A stretch of 64,000 bases of DNA from an uncultured delta proteobacterium (GCA_963794325.1 CAWCDG010000002.1:320001-384000); one strand, 5' to 3'; numbered from the stretch's first letter, positions 20,264 through 30,325 are shown. Notes: a model not told the origin generated them from the letters alone. Numbers and translations are program-made.

Positions 20264-20707
20264 CTAGAGATCGCGTTCCATTTTGCGGTGCGCGATTCCG
20301 GCTTCGTCGAAGACGCCGCCGACCGGGTTGAATCCTTGATTGAGATAAAAGCCTTCTGCTGTAAGCTGCGCGTGCAGGATCGCTTTGCGGAGTCCGCGCG
20401 CGCGCGCACGCTCGATGAGAAACCCGAGGATTTGGGCGCCGATCCCGGTCTTCCGAAATTCGGGCAGCACGGCCATCCGGCCAATTTTTACTTCGCTGTC
20501 GCTGTGCTCGAGCATCCGCCCGCATCCGACGGCGTTGCCGTCGAGAATCGCCAATGCGTGAAATGCGCGCTGATCGTCAGCGTCCATTTCGATTTCTTCG
20601 GGAACATTCTGTTCTTCAATAAAAACGCGCCGACGAATCGCGTGCGCCCGCTGCATGTTGGCCGGCGATTCGATCGCGATCACTTTGATGCGCGAAGTGT
20701 TACTCAC
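20264..20707 (-). CDS. GNAT N-acetyltransferase (YjcF/ElaA-like)
   Basis: IRRRVFIEEQNVP, KIGRMAVLPEFRKTGIG, LHAQ...FY...GF...FDEAGIAHRKM. Confidence 0.9.
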   Translation of the reverse strand: MSNTSRIKVIAIESPANMQRAHAIRRRVFIEEQNVPEEIEMDADDQRAFHALAILDGNAVGCGRMLEHSDSEVKIGRMAVLPEFRKTGIGAQILGFLIERARARGLRKAILHAQLTAEGFYLNQGFNPVGGVFDEAGIAHRKMERDL

Positions 20708-20801
20708 AAACGATTGACTAGCGCGCGATGGACGAACCGTCAATTCTGCTTAGAGGCGAAACCGAGCTTATGCTACTCTCCGAATCATCCAGGAGAACGC
20801 G

Positions 20802-21782
20802 ATGCCACAATTGTCCGAGACGATATTCGCCCCTGAACTGGAAGGCGGACAATGGATTCAGCATGGGCCGGTGAGCCTCAAGGCGCTGCGCGACAGGGCA
20901 GTCGTGCTAGTCGATTTCTGGGACTACACCTGCATCAATTGCATCCGGACGCTGCCGTACGTGGTGGCGTGGAACAAAAGATACAAGGACAGCGGCCTGG
21001 TGGTTGTCGGTGTGCACGCCCCGGAGTTTTCGTTTGCGCGCGAGGAATCGCACGTCGCGGAAGCAGCCGCGCGATTCGGACTCGAATACCCAATCGTGCT
21101 CGACAACGAATACGCAATCTGGCGAGCCTACTCGAATCGTTTCTGGCCCGCGAAATACCTGGTCGATGCGAAGGGACGCATTCGCTATTACCATTTCGGC
21201 GAAGGCGCGTACCAGGAAACCGAAGTAGCTATTCAGGGATTGATCCGCGAACTGAATCCTGCCGCGAGTTTGCCGCCGCCGATGGAGCCGGTGCGCGACA
21301 GCGATCGACCTGGTGCGGTCTGCTATCGCGTCACGCCGGAGCTCTACCTGGGTTACGCGCGGGGCCAGTTCGGGAATTTCGATGGCGTGGTGCGCGATCG
21401 GCCGCATGACTATCGCGACGTAGGGCCGCACGTCGAGGCCATGAGTTATCTCGCGGGCCGATGGCTCGTCGAGCAGGAGAGCGCTCGCAGCGAAGCGCCG
21501 GGCGCGGCGATCTCGCTTAGGTACACCGCGAAAGACGTGAACCTGGTGATGGCGCCGCCGGCCAACACGAGTGTGCGCACGGAGATTACTCTAGAAGGTG
21601 GGCAGCGCGCCGGCGACGATGTGAAGTTCGAAGGCGAGCGCGGATTTATTACGGTGGACAGCCCGCGAATGTACAACCTCGTCGCGAATGAGTCAGTGGT
21701 TTCAGGCTCACTGACTATTCGAGCGGATGCGCCAGGATTGGCCGTATACGCATTCACGTTCATTTCGTGCGTAGCCAGTTGA
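20802..21782 (+). CDS. Redoxin/thioredoxin-like protein (DipZ C-terminal type, soluble)
   Basis: VDFWDYTCINC, GVHAPEF, WPAKYLVD, TPELYLGY, PRMYNLV, YAFTF; no DsbD-like TM domain. Confidence 0.85.
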   Translation: MPQLSETIFAPELEGGQWIQHGPVSLKALRDRAVVLVDFWDYTCINCIRTLPYVVAWNKRYKDSGLVVVGVHAPEFSFAREESHVAEAAARFGLEYPIVLDNEYAIWRAYSNRFWPAKYLVDAKGRIRYYHFGEGAYQETEVAIQGLIRELNPAASLPPPMEPVRDSDRPGAVCYRVTPELYLGYARGQFGNFDGVVRDRPHDYRDVGPHVEAMSYLAGRWLVEQESARSEAPGAAISLRYTAKDVNLVMAPPANTSVRTEITLEGGQRAGDDVKFEGERGFITVDSPRMYNLVANESVVSGSLTIRADAPGLAVYAFTFISCVAS

Positions 21783-21815
21783 CCGCGACTGACTATTCGG
21801 AGGCTGTAATTCCCG

Positions 21816-22613
21816 ATGACAAAATCGAGCGAGAGAGCGAGCGACGAAAAGATTCGCGAAGCTGCGAGCACGATCCTGGCGGCGCGTTATCCGATTGCGC
21901 TCACCGGTGCGGGGATGTCGGTCGAAAGCGGCATACCGCCGTTTCGCGGGCCGGGCGGGCTGTGGACCAAGTACGGCGAGCCGCCGATGAACGGCTTCCA
22001 GCGCTTCATGGCCGATCCGAAAAAGGCCTGGGAGGAGCGGCTGAGCAGGCGCAATGACGAGCTCTACAAACCGTTAACCGTCGCCAAGCCAAATGCGGGC
22101 CATCTTGCACTGGTGGAGCTGGAGCAACTCGGAGTTCTGCGCTTCGTGATCACGCAGAACGTCGATGACTTGCATCGGCAGGCCGGCCAGAAGGCGCTCG
22201 CGGAAATCCATGGCAACTGGACGTTGATTAGATGCCTCGACTGCGGGACGCGCTTTCATGGCGACGCGATCAGCCTGGAGAAACTGCCGCCGGAGTGCCC
22301 GCGATGCGCGGGCTTGTTGAAGTCGGACACGGTCTCTTTTGGCGAACCGATTCCGATCGATGTGCTGAACATGTGCGCGGAGCATTCGGCGAAGGCCGAC
22401 CTGGTGATCGTCGCCGGGACTTCGGCGACGGTTTACCCGGCTGCGGGATTCGCGCTCGAGGTGAAGCAGCGCGGCGGAACTCTACTCGAAGTAAATCTCT
22501 ACGAATCGGAAATCACGCGGATTTGTGACGTCAGCCTGCGGGGAACATCGGCGGACGTGCTGCCGCGGTTGGCGAAAGCGGTCGGGGAGATGAGAAGAGA
22601 GGGGTTGTCCTAG
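21816..22613 (+). CDS. cobB: Sir2-family NAD-dependent protein deacylase
   Basis: TGAGMSVESGIPPFRG, TQNVDDLH, EIHG, CxxC...CxxC, FGE, GTSATVYPAA. Confidence 0.9.
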   Translation: MTKSSERASDEKIREAASTILAARYPIALTGAGMSVESGIPPFRGPGGLWTKYGEPPMNGFQRFMADPKKAWEERLSRRNDELYKPLTVAKPNAGHLALVELEQLGVLRFVITQNVDDLHRQAGQKALAEIHGNWTLIRCLDCGTRFHGDAISLEKLPPECPRCAGLLKSDTVSFGEPIPIDVLNMCAEHSAKADLVIVAGTSATVYPAAGFALEVKQRGGTLLEVNLYESEITRICDVSLRGTSADVLPRLAKAVGEMRREGLS

Positions 22614-22614
22614 G

Positions 22615-22634
22615 AACCTAACCCCTAACCCCTT
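22615..22634 (+). repeat. Copy 1 of 20-bp repeat AACCTAACCCCTAACCCCTT; also part of a hairpin followed by a T-tract (possible terminator)
   Basis: Identical to 24521-24540. The upstream GAGGGGTT can pair with AACCCCTT, followed by TTTTT. Confidence 0.7.
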
Positions 22635-22644
22635 TTTTTCAGTA

Positions 22645-24504
22645 TTAAGGCCGCCCTCCGCTGTCGCGCGCGTATTCCGTGCTGCTACCCGTTCCCTCAT
22701 TTATCGCGCGGCCTGAAATGTATTCGTCGGAAGGTTTTTGCGGCGGAGTTGGTGCGCCGGCGCGCTGGCGGAGCAGGAGCATCTGGTCGGAGCCGTCGAG
22801 CGAAGTCGGATTCGATACCATCACGATGTCGAAACGGTTGCGCTTCGATGCGGGGAGCGCGTCGAACAGAGTGCGCCAGGCGATCAGATATTGCGGGAGA
22901 TCGGGATCTCTTTGCGAGACGATCGGAATCGTGCGGCGGCTGTAAAACGCGACGTCGTAATTGAGTGCGCCGAGATATCCAACTCGACCGTCGTCCACAA
23001 CTTTCATTGCGTTATGGGTAAAGTTTCTTAGCGAGAGAGAGTTGGCGATAGCTGGCACCACCACGACGTTGACCGCAACTGTAATCAAAACCATTGCGGC
23101 CGAGATCGCGAAGAACATCCGCTCCATATTCGGGCGGGTAACGAGCAGCCGTACACCGAGTACGGCGACTGCCAGCGGCATCGCGAGCGCGACTATCCAA
23201 TGCTCGCGAACTGTCAGGACCAGGACGACTGGGAATGCGGGCGCGCGAATGCCAGCCGCCTGGAGGACGTCGGCAAAAGTCGCCGGTCTCGCGATGAGCA
23301 TCGCGAGCGCAACCAGAACCGCACTGCCGAGCAGCAGCATCGACAAACCCAACAGCCGCGCAATCCAGCGGACATAGTGTTGCGCCGGCGCGGGACGCAC
23401 AATCGTCTGCCGGATGTAGATCGCAACAATCGTCGCAAAGGCCGGATACATGCACAGCAGGTACACGCCGCGCTTGCTGTGCGGAAGATTGTAGAAGATC
23501 AGAACCGTCGCGAACCAGACGAAGATGTATTTGATGCGCGGATCGACGGTCAGCGGCGCGCGCCTGGCCTCGACGCCAACGATCGGCAGCAGAGTCGTCC
23601 ACGGCATGAAGCCGGCGAACAGCGCTAGCTCCATATAATAGAAGGGGTGGACGTGGCCCTCGTGAAAATCGCCGCCGCCCGCGAAGCGAAGCACGTTTTC
23701 AGTGAGAATCTGTTTGCGGAAAAAATCGGGACCGCCTTCGATCAGCGCCGCGACGTACCATCCTCCTGCGAGCACGATCACGACGATCGCGCCGCGCACG
23801 AGGTTCATCTGGGGCAGGAAGCTCCAGCGCTTTTCGAAAGCGATCCAAACCAGCGCGACCAGGCCCGGAAGAATCAAACCGATGGGACCTTTGGTCAAAA
23901 CCGCGAGCGCGATGGCCACATACAGGAGCATCCGGCGGTGCGTCAATCCTTCGGCCATCAAAATGAATTCGAAGAACGCGACTTCCATGAAGAAGGTCAG
24001 CGTCATGTCGACACGGGCGCCGGTCGCGGCTTGTAGATACTGAAACGTCGTGGCGAGGATGAGCGCGGCGATGAGTGCGGTCACGTCGTCGAACAGTCGC
24101 CGCACGTAGAAGTAGCAAACGATCACGCCTGCGATGGCGAGGCCCGCCGAGGGCAGCCGCACTGAGAATTCGTTCACACCGCCGGAGAGGAGCGAAACGA
24201 GCGCCGCCATCCAGTGCATCAGGAGCGGCTTGGAGGGAATTTCGACGCCGGCGCGCTGCGGCAATATGACGCCGCCGCCGTGGACGATGTCGAAGACGGT
24301 GACGGCCTCGCGCGGTTCGCCCTTGGTGTAGAGCGGGTAGCCGCCGAGATTTACGAGATAGAGGGCGACGCCGACGATCAGCAGGATTGGCCACGCGTGA
24401 CGCGGCTGCGCAAGGTAGTTGAGCCAATCGGGAGGGGTTGCGTCGCGGTCCAATAGCGCGGCAGGTTGGGAATCGGCATGTATCGTCGCTTCAGGGAGTT
24501 TCAA
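22645..24504 (-). CDS. ArnT/GT39 (GT-C) family glycosyltransferase
   Basis: GEPREAV, SKPLLMHW, EFSVRLPS, ARVDM, LTKGPIG, HPFYY, SKRGVYLL; many TM segments. Confidence 0.88.
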   Translation of the reverse strand: MKLPEATIHADSQPAALLDRDATPPDWLNYLAQPRHAWPILLIVGVALYLVNLGGYPLYTKGEPREAVTVFDIVHGGGVILPQRAGVEIPSKPLLMHWMAALVSLLSGGVNEFSVRLPSAGLAIAGVIVCYFYVRRLFDDVTALIAALILATTFQYLQAATGARVDMTLTFFMEVAFFEFILMAEGLTHRRMLLYVAIALAVLTKGPIGLILPGLVALVWIAFEKRWSFLPQMNLVRGAIVVIVLAGGWYVAALIEGGPDFFRKQILTENVLRFAGGGDFHEGHVHPFYYMELALFAGFMPWTTLLPIVGVEARRAPLTVDPRIKYIFVWFATVLIFYNLPHSKRGVYLLCMYPAFATIVAIYIRQTIVRPAPAQHYVRWIARLLGLSMLLLGSAVLVALAMLIARPATFADVLQAAGIRAPAFPVVLVLTVREHWIVALAMPLAVAVLGVRLLVTRPNMERMFFAISAAMVLITVAVNVVVVPAIANSLSLRNFTHNAMKVVDDGRVGYLGALNYDVAFYSRRTIPIVSQRDPDLPQYLIAWRTLFDALPASKRNRFDIVMVSNPTSLDGSDQMLLLRQRAGAPTPPQKPSDEYISGRAINEGTGSSTEYARDSGGRP

Positions 24505-24511
24505 TTCGAAT

Positions 24512-24556
24512 GGTTAGGGAAACCTAACCCCTAACCCCTTCCCTCGAGGGAAGGGG
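24512..24556 (+). repeat. REP-like element: copy 2 of the 20-bp repeat with two hairpins
   Basis: GGTTAGG-GAAA-CCTAACC (24512-24529) and perfect 22-bp palindrome CCCCTTCCCTCGAGGGAAGGGG (24535-24556). Confidence 0.7.
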
Positions 24557-24590
24557 GACAATCGCGGAGAGTCGGAACGGCGCGGAACGG

Positions 24591-24794
24591 CTAGTATTCG
24601 GTTTTGACGCGGGCGCGGCCGGTGTCGTCGTATATATAGACGTCGGTAGGATTCTCGTCGCGCGTTTTTTTGTGCGAGCCGTCGCAAAAAGGTTTGTTCT
24701 TCGAGAGTCCGCACGCGCAGATGTAAAGCGGCAGCTCGGTTCCTTCCGGGACTTCGTACGGTGAGTTTTTCTCGTGTCTGATCATTCGGGCCAT
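24591..24794 (-). CDS. CDGSH iron-sulfur domain protein
   Basis: [17 protein letters not shown] motif; GAGG RBS. Confidence 0.92.
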   Translation of the reverse strand: MARMIRHEKNSPYEVPEGTELPLYICACGLSKNKPFCDGSHKKTRDENPTDVYIYDDTGRARVKTEY

Positions 24795-24899
24795 GAAAAA
24801 TTCCTCGCGTTGATTTTAGTGCGGTGTGACCTGTGGCTCACTTAAGACCAGCCGAGTCGCAGAGTCAATGCGGAGCTGGCGACTGTGCGGTGAACGAAA

Positions 24900-25202
24900 T
24901 TATTCGGTGCCGGCGTTGCGTTTTAGATACTCGACGATCGATTCGCGTTCGTCGGAGCTCAGCGGGGGCATGCCGGCTGCTTGAATTTTACCTTCCATCA
25001 TCGTGACTTGCGTATCCCACATCGACGCCGTCATTTCGTGCGGATTGTAGGGCACGTGGCAGTTGCCGCATTTGCTGACGTAGAGCTGCGCGCTTGGGCT
25101 GGCCGCGTCGGGCAGCTGCGCGGGCTTGCATGCCGAGGTGAAGACGAGCGCGAGCGCGATCGCAGCGCGCTGAAATTTGCTAGCTGGCCGGGATGCGCGC
25201 AT
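24900..25202 (-). CDS. Small monoheme cytochrome c lipoprotein
   Basis: Lipobox-like FTSAC, CGNCH heme motif, WDTQVTMM, LSSDERESIVEYL; start overlaps the end of the HIT gene. Confidence 0.75.
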   Translation of the reverse strand: MRASRPASKFQRAAIALALVFTSACKPAQLPDAASPSAQLYVSKCGNCHVPYNPHEMTASMWDTQVTMMEGKIQAAGMPPLSSDERESIVEYLKRNAGTE

Positions 25203-25662
25203 CGGGGAAGCGGGAGGCAAGCTGCCGGCGGATCGACTCGATGAGCGCGCGGCGATCATGTTCCTCAAGCGGGACCTTTCGTTCAGATTCGGGGCGCAAC
25301 CAGATCGGTCCACGCCGCATTTCGTCAGTTTCGGTGCCTTGGCGTGGCAGCAGATGCCAATGGACGTGCGGTTCCGAATTGCCCAGGCACTCGTAATTCA
25401 TTTTCCACGGCTCGACGACGGCGGCGATCGCTTCGGCAACCAGGCGCATCTCGTCTGCGAGCAAGCGCGCTGAGTCGGCGGGCATCAGGTACAGTTCGGT
25501 CGCGTGGAGCTTGGCGAAGAGCACGCAATAGCCGCGATAGAATTGTTGATCGCCGAGGATCACGTAGCAGCTTTTCAGCTCTGCGATGAAATCGCGGAAC
25601 GAGCCGGCCTTGATGCGATCGATCATCGCGCAGATTCCGCAAGCGGGCGTCGTCGGCGTCAT
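25180..25662 (-). CDS. HIT family protein
   Basis: CGIC, GYCVL, HATEL, NYECLGNSEPHVHWHLLPR; ATGA overlap with the deaminase gene. Confidence 0.88.
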   Translation of the reverse strand: MTPTTPACGICAMIDRIKAGSFRDFIAELKSCYVILGDQQFYRGYCVLFAKLHATELYLMPADSARLLADEMRLVAEAIAAVVEPWKMNYECLGNSEPHVHWHLLPRQGTETDEMRRGPIWLRPESERKVPLEEHDRRALIESIRRQLASRFPDARIPAS

Positions 25663-26159
25663 TTGGGCTCTGCGGAAAGGACTTCGACGAGCTTGATGCT
25701 GGCCCCCTTGAGCATTTCGGCGACGGTGTGGAGCTTGTAAGGGCGCGCGTAATACACGGTGCGGACGCCGGTGTTGATGAGCACCTTGAGGCACTGGATG
25801 CACGGCGTGTGGGTGACGTAGATGTCGGCATCGCGGATGGCGACGCCGTTGCGAGCCGCTTGCGAGATCGCGTTGATCTCGGCGTGGATCGTGCGAAAGC
25901 AGTTCTGCTCGATTTCACCGTCGGGTGTGCGCGATTCGTAGACGAGGCAGCCGACCTCGGTGCAATGCGGCAATCCGGCCGGCGAGCCGTTGTAGCCGGT
26001 CGCAAGAATACTGCGGTCGCGAACGATGACGGCGCCGACTTGTGCGCGCAGGCAGGTCGAGCGCTCGGCGACCTGGCGCGTAATCGTCATGAAATATTGG
26101 TCCCAGCTTGGGCGAGGGGCCGCGGATTGCGGACGTTTGTTAGTCGGACTCTCAGCCAA
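25659..26159 (-). CDS. dCMP deaminase / ComEB family zinc deaminase
   Basis: RPSWDQYFM, RSTCLR, ATGYNG, HAEINA, TPCIQC. Confidence 0.92.
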   Translation of the reverse strand: MAESPTNKRPQSAAPRPSWDQYFMTITRQVAERSTCLRAQVGAVIVRDRSILATGYNGSPAGLPHCTEVGCLVYESRTPDGEIEQNCFRTIHAEINAISQAARNGVAIRDADIYVTHTPCIQCLKVLINTGVRTVYYARPYKLHTVAEMLKGASIKLVEVLSAEPK

Positions 26160-26191
26160 GAATTTCTCCTCGGTAAATCGCTCGAACGATA

Positions 26192-27274
26192 TCAGATTTT
26201 GACACGCCGTAGCTGCCGCAGCATCTGATCATACTGTGGCGCGTGATGAATTATTTCCTGGCTGTGACTGGTTTCAGGAGTGGGCGGAGGAGCTTCCGGT
26301 TGCACGAATGCGAGCGGCACCGGGCTGAAGGTAACGATGAACAGCGTGACTGTTGCCCATGCGGCGAAAGCGCGGCGCGGGTTCAGCGGTGTGTCGCGAT
26401 CGATAGTGGACGGATGTCCCAATCCCAGAGCTATCGAGAGCAGCGCCCATATCAGCCATCCGCCCCAGAAACTTAGTCCGAGAGCGAGCGGCACCAGGAC
26501 CATCAACACGCATGAGATGACGAAGAGCACCGAGATCGTGCGATGGCGGCGCGGGAACAGCGCGTAGATCACGTGACCGCCGTCGAGCTGCCCGACTGGA
26601 AGCAGGTTCAGCGTCGTGACGAACAGTCCGATCCATCCGGCAAATGCGATCGGATTCAGATTCACGTTAACCGTCGAAGGATCGACACCGAGCACCAGAT
26701 GCGAGAGGCCGAGGAACAGAAGCGAGTTGCCGAGCTCGAGTCCTCCGGCGGATTTGTCGAGCGGGGTCACGTCGGAAAGATAGAGCCCGATGATAACGGC
26801 GGGTATCGCGAGCATCACGCCTGCCCATGGACCGGCAGCGCCGATATCGAACATTATGCGGCGAGTACGCGCCGGCTCGCGCAACCGGATGAATGCTCCG
26901 AAAGTCCCGATGATGAAAATCGACGGCGGCGCCGGGATGAAGTAGGGCAGTGAGGCGTCGACGTTGTGATAGCGCGAAGTCAGGTAATGGCCCATCTCAT
27001 GCGCGAGCAGAATCATCATGAGAGGAATCGAGAACGAAAGACCCGAACGCAGCCCCGCGACGGCGAGGAACGGATGCCGGAAGGAGATGTCCTCGCCGTT
27101 CATGTACGCGCCGGCGGTCGTAGTGGTCAGAAGAGTGAGCAAGAGCAGCGCGAGATTCAACGGTGGAATTCGCGGCGCGTCGAGCGTGCGAGCGGCAGGC
27201 TCGGCTGGCGCGGTGTAGCGCGGAATTTCGGTGAGGACTGTGGGGGTGTCCTTGTGTGTGATTATTTCATCCAT
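26192..27274 (-). CDS. Site-2 protease (peptidase M50)
   Basis: HEMGH, LPYFIP, GTFGAFI, AGPWAG, NLLPVGQLDGGH. Confidence 0.92.
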   Translation of the reverse strand: MDEIITHKDTPTVLTEIPRYTAPAEPAARTLDAPRIPPLNLALLLLTLLTTTTAGAYMNGEDISFRHPFLAVAGLRSGLSFSIPLMMILLAHEMGHYLTSRYHNVDASLPYFIPAPPSIFIIGTFGAFIRLREPARTRRIMFDIGAAGPWAGVMLAIPAVIIGLYLSDVTPLDKSAGGLELGNSLLFLGLSHLVLGVDPSTVNVNLNPIAFAGWIGLFVTTLNLLPVGQLDGGHVIYALFPRRHRTISVLFVISCVLMVLVPLALGLSFWGGWLIWALLSIALGLGHPSTIDRDTPLNPRRAFAAWATVTLFIVTFSPVPLAFVQPEAPPPTPETSHSQEIIHHAPQYDQMLRQLRRVKI

Positions 27275-27277
27275 GAT

Positions 27278-28114
27278 TCAAGTGCGGCCTGCGCGCGCGA
27301 TCAGCGATACCGGAGTGCCGGGTCCAGCGGCGAAATGCATGGCAGCGTTGCCGTCGCGAATCGCGACTTCGAGCAGGCCGAAGCTTCCGAATATTCCGAG
27401 AGGAGCACCTTTGGGCGCGTCACCATAAGCATCAAGCAATCGCATCGCCGCGCCACGATTGATCCTAACGGAAAGGGATTTGTGGCGAAAGCGAGCGCTG
27501 AACTGCTCGGCGGCGGCACGATCGATATTGCTCACCAGGTTGCCGAAGCCGTCCACGTAGATCACTTCACCACGCACTTCGCGCGCCGACGCCACTGGAC
27601 TCGGCAGCTCGAGCTGCACGATCGAGGCCGGGTCGAGCGGGGGCCCCAGCGCGGAAATAGGCGTGCCTCGCCACAGATACGCTGCGGCGGGAGCAAAGAT
27701 GTCGCGGCCATGGAAGGTAGCGCTCACGTTGGTAAGACGATGGCGCGCCGAAATCAGTTTCACGACTCGCTTGATTCCAGCCTGACTGGCGGCCAGCCAC
27801 AGAAGGCCGTTGTCGGGTCCAACGAAGCGGGCCCCGGCGCGAGTTTCGATGGCGATTGGCGCACGCGCGGTGCCGACGCCGGGATCGACCACCGCCAGGA
27901 ACACGGTTCGCGGCGGGAAATAGCGCCAGGATTCGCGCAAAGCGATCGCGCCGGCGGCTGTGCATTGTGCAACGACGCCGTGGGTGATGTCGATGACGGT
28001 GGCGGCGGGAGCGATCGACGCGATGACGCCTTTCATCACGCCGGCGTAATTATCGCGGTAGCCGAAATCAGTTATAATCGCGAGCGGAAAGGGGTTTCGC
28101 GCGAGCGTCGGCAT
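27278..28114 (-). CDS. DUF62 family S-adenosylmethionine hydroxide adenosyltransferase (SAM hydrolase)
   Basis: ITDFG, VIDITH, VVDPGVGTAR, VGPDNG, SATFHGRDIFAP, YVDGFGN; the Asp-Arg-His triad is present. Confidence 0.85.
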   Translation of the reverse strand: MPTLARNPFPLAIITDFGYRDNYAGVMKGVIASIAPAATVIDITHGVVAQCTAAGAIALRESWRYFPPRTVFLAVVDPGVGTARAPIAIETRAGARFVGPDNGLLWLAASQAGIKRVVKLISARHRLTNVSATFHGRDIFAPAAAYLWRGTPISALGPPLDPASIVQLELPSPVASAREVRGEVIYVDGFGNLVSNIDRAAAEQFSARFRHKSLSVRINRGAAMRLLDAYGDAPKGAPLGIFGSFGLLEVAIRDGNAAMHFAAGPGTPVSLIARAGRT

Positions 28115-28184
28115 CGCAGTAGTAGACCGCGAAACAGCGAGGTCGCGCAATTCGGAATCGATTAAATCGCGTCAATCAAATTCA

Positions 28185-29693
28185 ATGAACGAGAAACTTC
28201 CGCCGGACGATCGGCGAGAACCGGCTGGCGCTGTGCTGCTGATCGCACTCGCGGTGGGCACGATACTGCGATTTTTCAGGCTCGGCGCGCACGAATTGTC
28301 GATCGACGAATCGCTTTCGTGGGCCGAGTCGTCCGGGCACAACATCAAGGCAGTGCTGCATGTACAGCATCAGCTGGATTCGGGCAAATTCCCGATTTAT
28401 GAAATCGCGCAGCACGGATGGATGAGGACTTTTGGAGATAGCGAGACGGCGATGCGTGCATTGCCGGCGCTAATCGGATCGCTGTCGATCGTGCTGCTGT
28501 TCATTCTGGCGGTGGAGGTGTTGCTGGCGGCAGCGGATGTAAGCACAGATTCAGAGTCCGCGCCACGGGAACCCCGCTCTCCCGTGAAAGAGAGGTTGGA
28601 GAGTCGGAACCGAATCTACCTGGTGGCGGCGATGTGCGCGCTGCTCTTTGCGGTTGGGCTTCCGTCGGTCGAAATCGCGCGCCAGGCGAGAATGTACTCG
28701 ATGATGGAGGCGTGGATTCTCGCGCAGGTGATTTTCCTGTATCGAGCGAGGCGGCTCGGAGGTTTTGCGAATTATGCTGGCCTCACTTTTTTCTCGGCGA
28801 TCGCGCTGGCGACCAATTTTACTGCGGCGCTGGTCATCGTCGCCGAAGCACTGTGGCTAATCTACCTCTACTTTGCGGATAGCGATGCGCGAAATCTGAA
28901 AAACCCGCGGCTCTGGTGGATCGGAGCGTCGCTGCTTGCGGCGATCGTGTTGCTACTGCCTTTTTTTGCCGGACTGCGATACGGCGTCGAAGGTGTCAAG
29001 CGGGGCGATTACGACTGGATCAAACCGCCTGGTCGTTGGGAGCCATTCGCGACGTTCGAGAGCGCGCTTGGCACTCTTCCGTTCCCGCTATTTGCGCTGT
29101 TCGCGATCGCCGGCGCGGTTCGCTGGTGGCGTGCGCATCGCGATCAGGCAGTCCTTCTAATTCTCTGGATCGTCGTGCCGCCGCTTATCCTATTCGCTGG
29201 ATCGTATGTGGTTACGCCGATGCTAGTGACGCGCTATTTGATATCCTCTTTCGTGCCGTTGTTTATACTCACTGCGATAGGCATTGAGTCTCTTCCAGTA
29301 GGAAGTTATCGTGCTGTGGCTATAGTCGCGATAGTAAGTCTATCAATACTGCGAGTGTCGTCAGATTTCAGGCCCGGAGACAATCGCTGGCGCGAGGCGT
29401 GCAACATGGCGCTGACCAAACTAGGGTCTGAAAGGCGCGTAGGCGCGGCTCACGAGTACTATGTCGTCAGCTACTACATCCCCGCGGCGGAGCGGGACAG
29501 TGTACACGTAGTTCGAATCCCTTTTAGTGGAGCTGAGGACCAGGCGCCGCCGGTGGTGGTGGTTTCGCCGACGGTTGCGCCCGCCCAAATCGCCAAGATT
29601 CGCCGTGAGTATCCGCTAGTCGTGGGGACATTCAAGAATGTGATGGTATTGTCGCGTCACATGGCGGGCGCGCGGAATGTTCCGGTCAACTAG
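28185..29693 (+). CDS. GT39/PMT-like (GT-C) membrane glycosyltransferase
   Basis: LRFFRLG...SIDES, FGDSETAMR, QARMYS; multiple TM segments. Confidence 0.8.
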   Translation: MNEKLPPDDRREPAGAVLLIALAVGTILRFFRLGAHELSIDESLSWAESSGHNIKAVLHVQHQLDSGKFPIYEIAQHGWMRTFGDSETAMRALPALIGSLSIVLLFILAVEVLLAAADVSTDSESAPREPRSPVKERLESRNRIYLVAAMCALLFAVGLPSVEIARQARMYSMMEAWILAQVIFLYRARRLGGFANYAGLTFFSAIALATNFTAALVIVAEALWLIYLYFADSDARNLKNPRLWWIGASLLAAIVLLLPFFAGLRYGVEGVKRGDYDWIKPPGRWEPFATFESALGTLPFPLFALFAIAGAVRWWRAHRDQAVLLILWIVVPPLILFAGSYVVTPMLVTRYLISSFVPLFILTAIGIESLPVGSYRAVAIVAIVSLSILRVSSDFRPGDNRWREACNMALTKLGSERRVGAAHEYYVVSYYIPAAERDSVHVVRIPFSGAEDQAPPVVVVSPTVAPAQIAKIRREYPLVVGTFKNVMVLSRHMAGARNVPVN

Positions 29694-30325
29694 TCGCGAG
29701 GCGCAACTGAGACGTAGCGATTGCCGCGCTCATAAAAACGCCATCTCTTCAATGCCCAGTCTCCGGCGTAGTCGACGTTGATCCTGGGCGATCGGCCGAC
29801 CTTGCCGACTGGGAGATCGGAATGCTCCAGGTACAGCTGGCCGCCGCACAGGTCCCGTCCGTAATCGGCGCCGGTAATAGCCAGTGCATTAGTCAGTTTG
29901 CCGGGGCCATTAGTCAGTTCGCGGGAATCCGGCGATTTGCCCCGCCGCCGGGCCATCAACGCTATACCTCGCAACGGCTCGATTGCCCTGATCAATACGG
30001 CGTGCGGCTCGCCATCAGCGGTTGTAACAATATTTATCGCCCAACTGATTCCGTATAGCAGGTACACATACGCATAGCCCGGAGGTCCGTACATCGCGGC
30101 GGTTCGTTTGGTGAGTCCGCGCGCGCTGTGTGCGGCAAGATCGAGAGGACCGCGATAGGCCTCGACCTCGACGACTCGTCCGGCCGCGATGCCCTGGCCG
30201 GTGCGATGCACGAGGACTTTCCCGATACACTCGCGCGCGACGAGCAAGACCGGCCGAGCATAAAATTCGCGCGGCAGCTTTCGCGACTCAGTCGCCGATA
30301 GCTTTACGGTAGTTTGGGAAAGCAA
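29690..30325 (-). CDS. mpg: 3-methyladenine DNA glycosylase (MPG/AAG family)
   Basis: LPREFY, GRVVEVEAY, MYGPPGYAYVYLLYG, AVLIRAIEP, TNGPGKL, WRFY; start codon uncertain. Confidence 0.88.
   Translation of the reverse strand: MLSQTTVKLSATESRKLPREFYARPVLLVARECIGKVLVHRTGQGIAAGRVVEVEAYRGPLDLAAHSARGLTKRTAAMYGPPGYAYVYLLYGISWAINIVTTADGEPHAVLIRAIEPLRGIALMARRRGKSPDSRELTNGPGKLTNALAITGADYGRDLCGGQLYLEHSDLPVGKVGRSPRINVDYAGDWALKRWRFYERGNRYVSVAPRD

Noticed and set aside
24900-26159. dCMP deaminase plus HIT as an anti-phage nucleotide-depletion system
   Set aside because: The deaminase is a short ComEB/dCMP-type enzyme without the fused kinase-like domain of defensive dCTP deaminases, and it lies among housekeeping genes.
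27278-28114. SAM-dependent chlorinase/fluorinase, which would pair attractively with the dehalogenase as a halogen cycle
   Set aside because: It has the Asp-Arg-His signature (VDPGVGTAR, TFHGRD) of DUF62 SAM hydroxide adenosyltransferases rather than halogenases, and sits in a housekeeping context.
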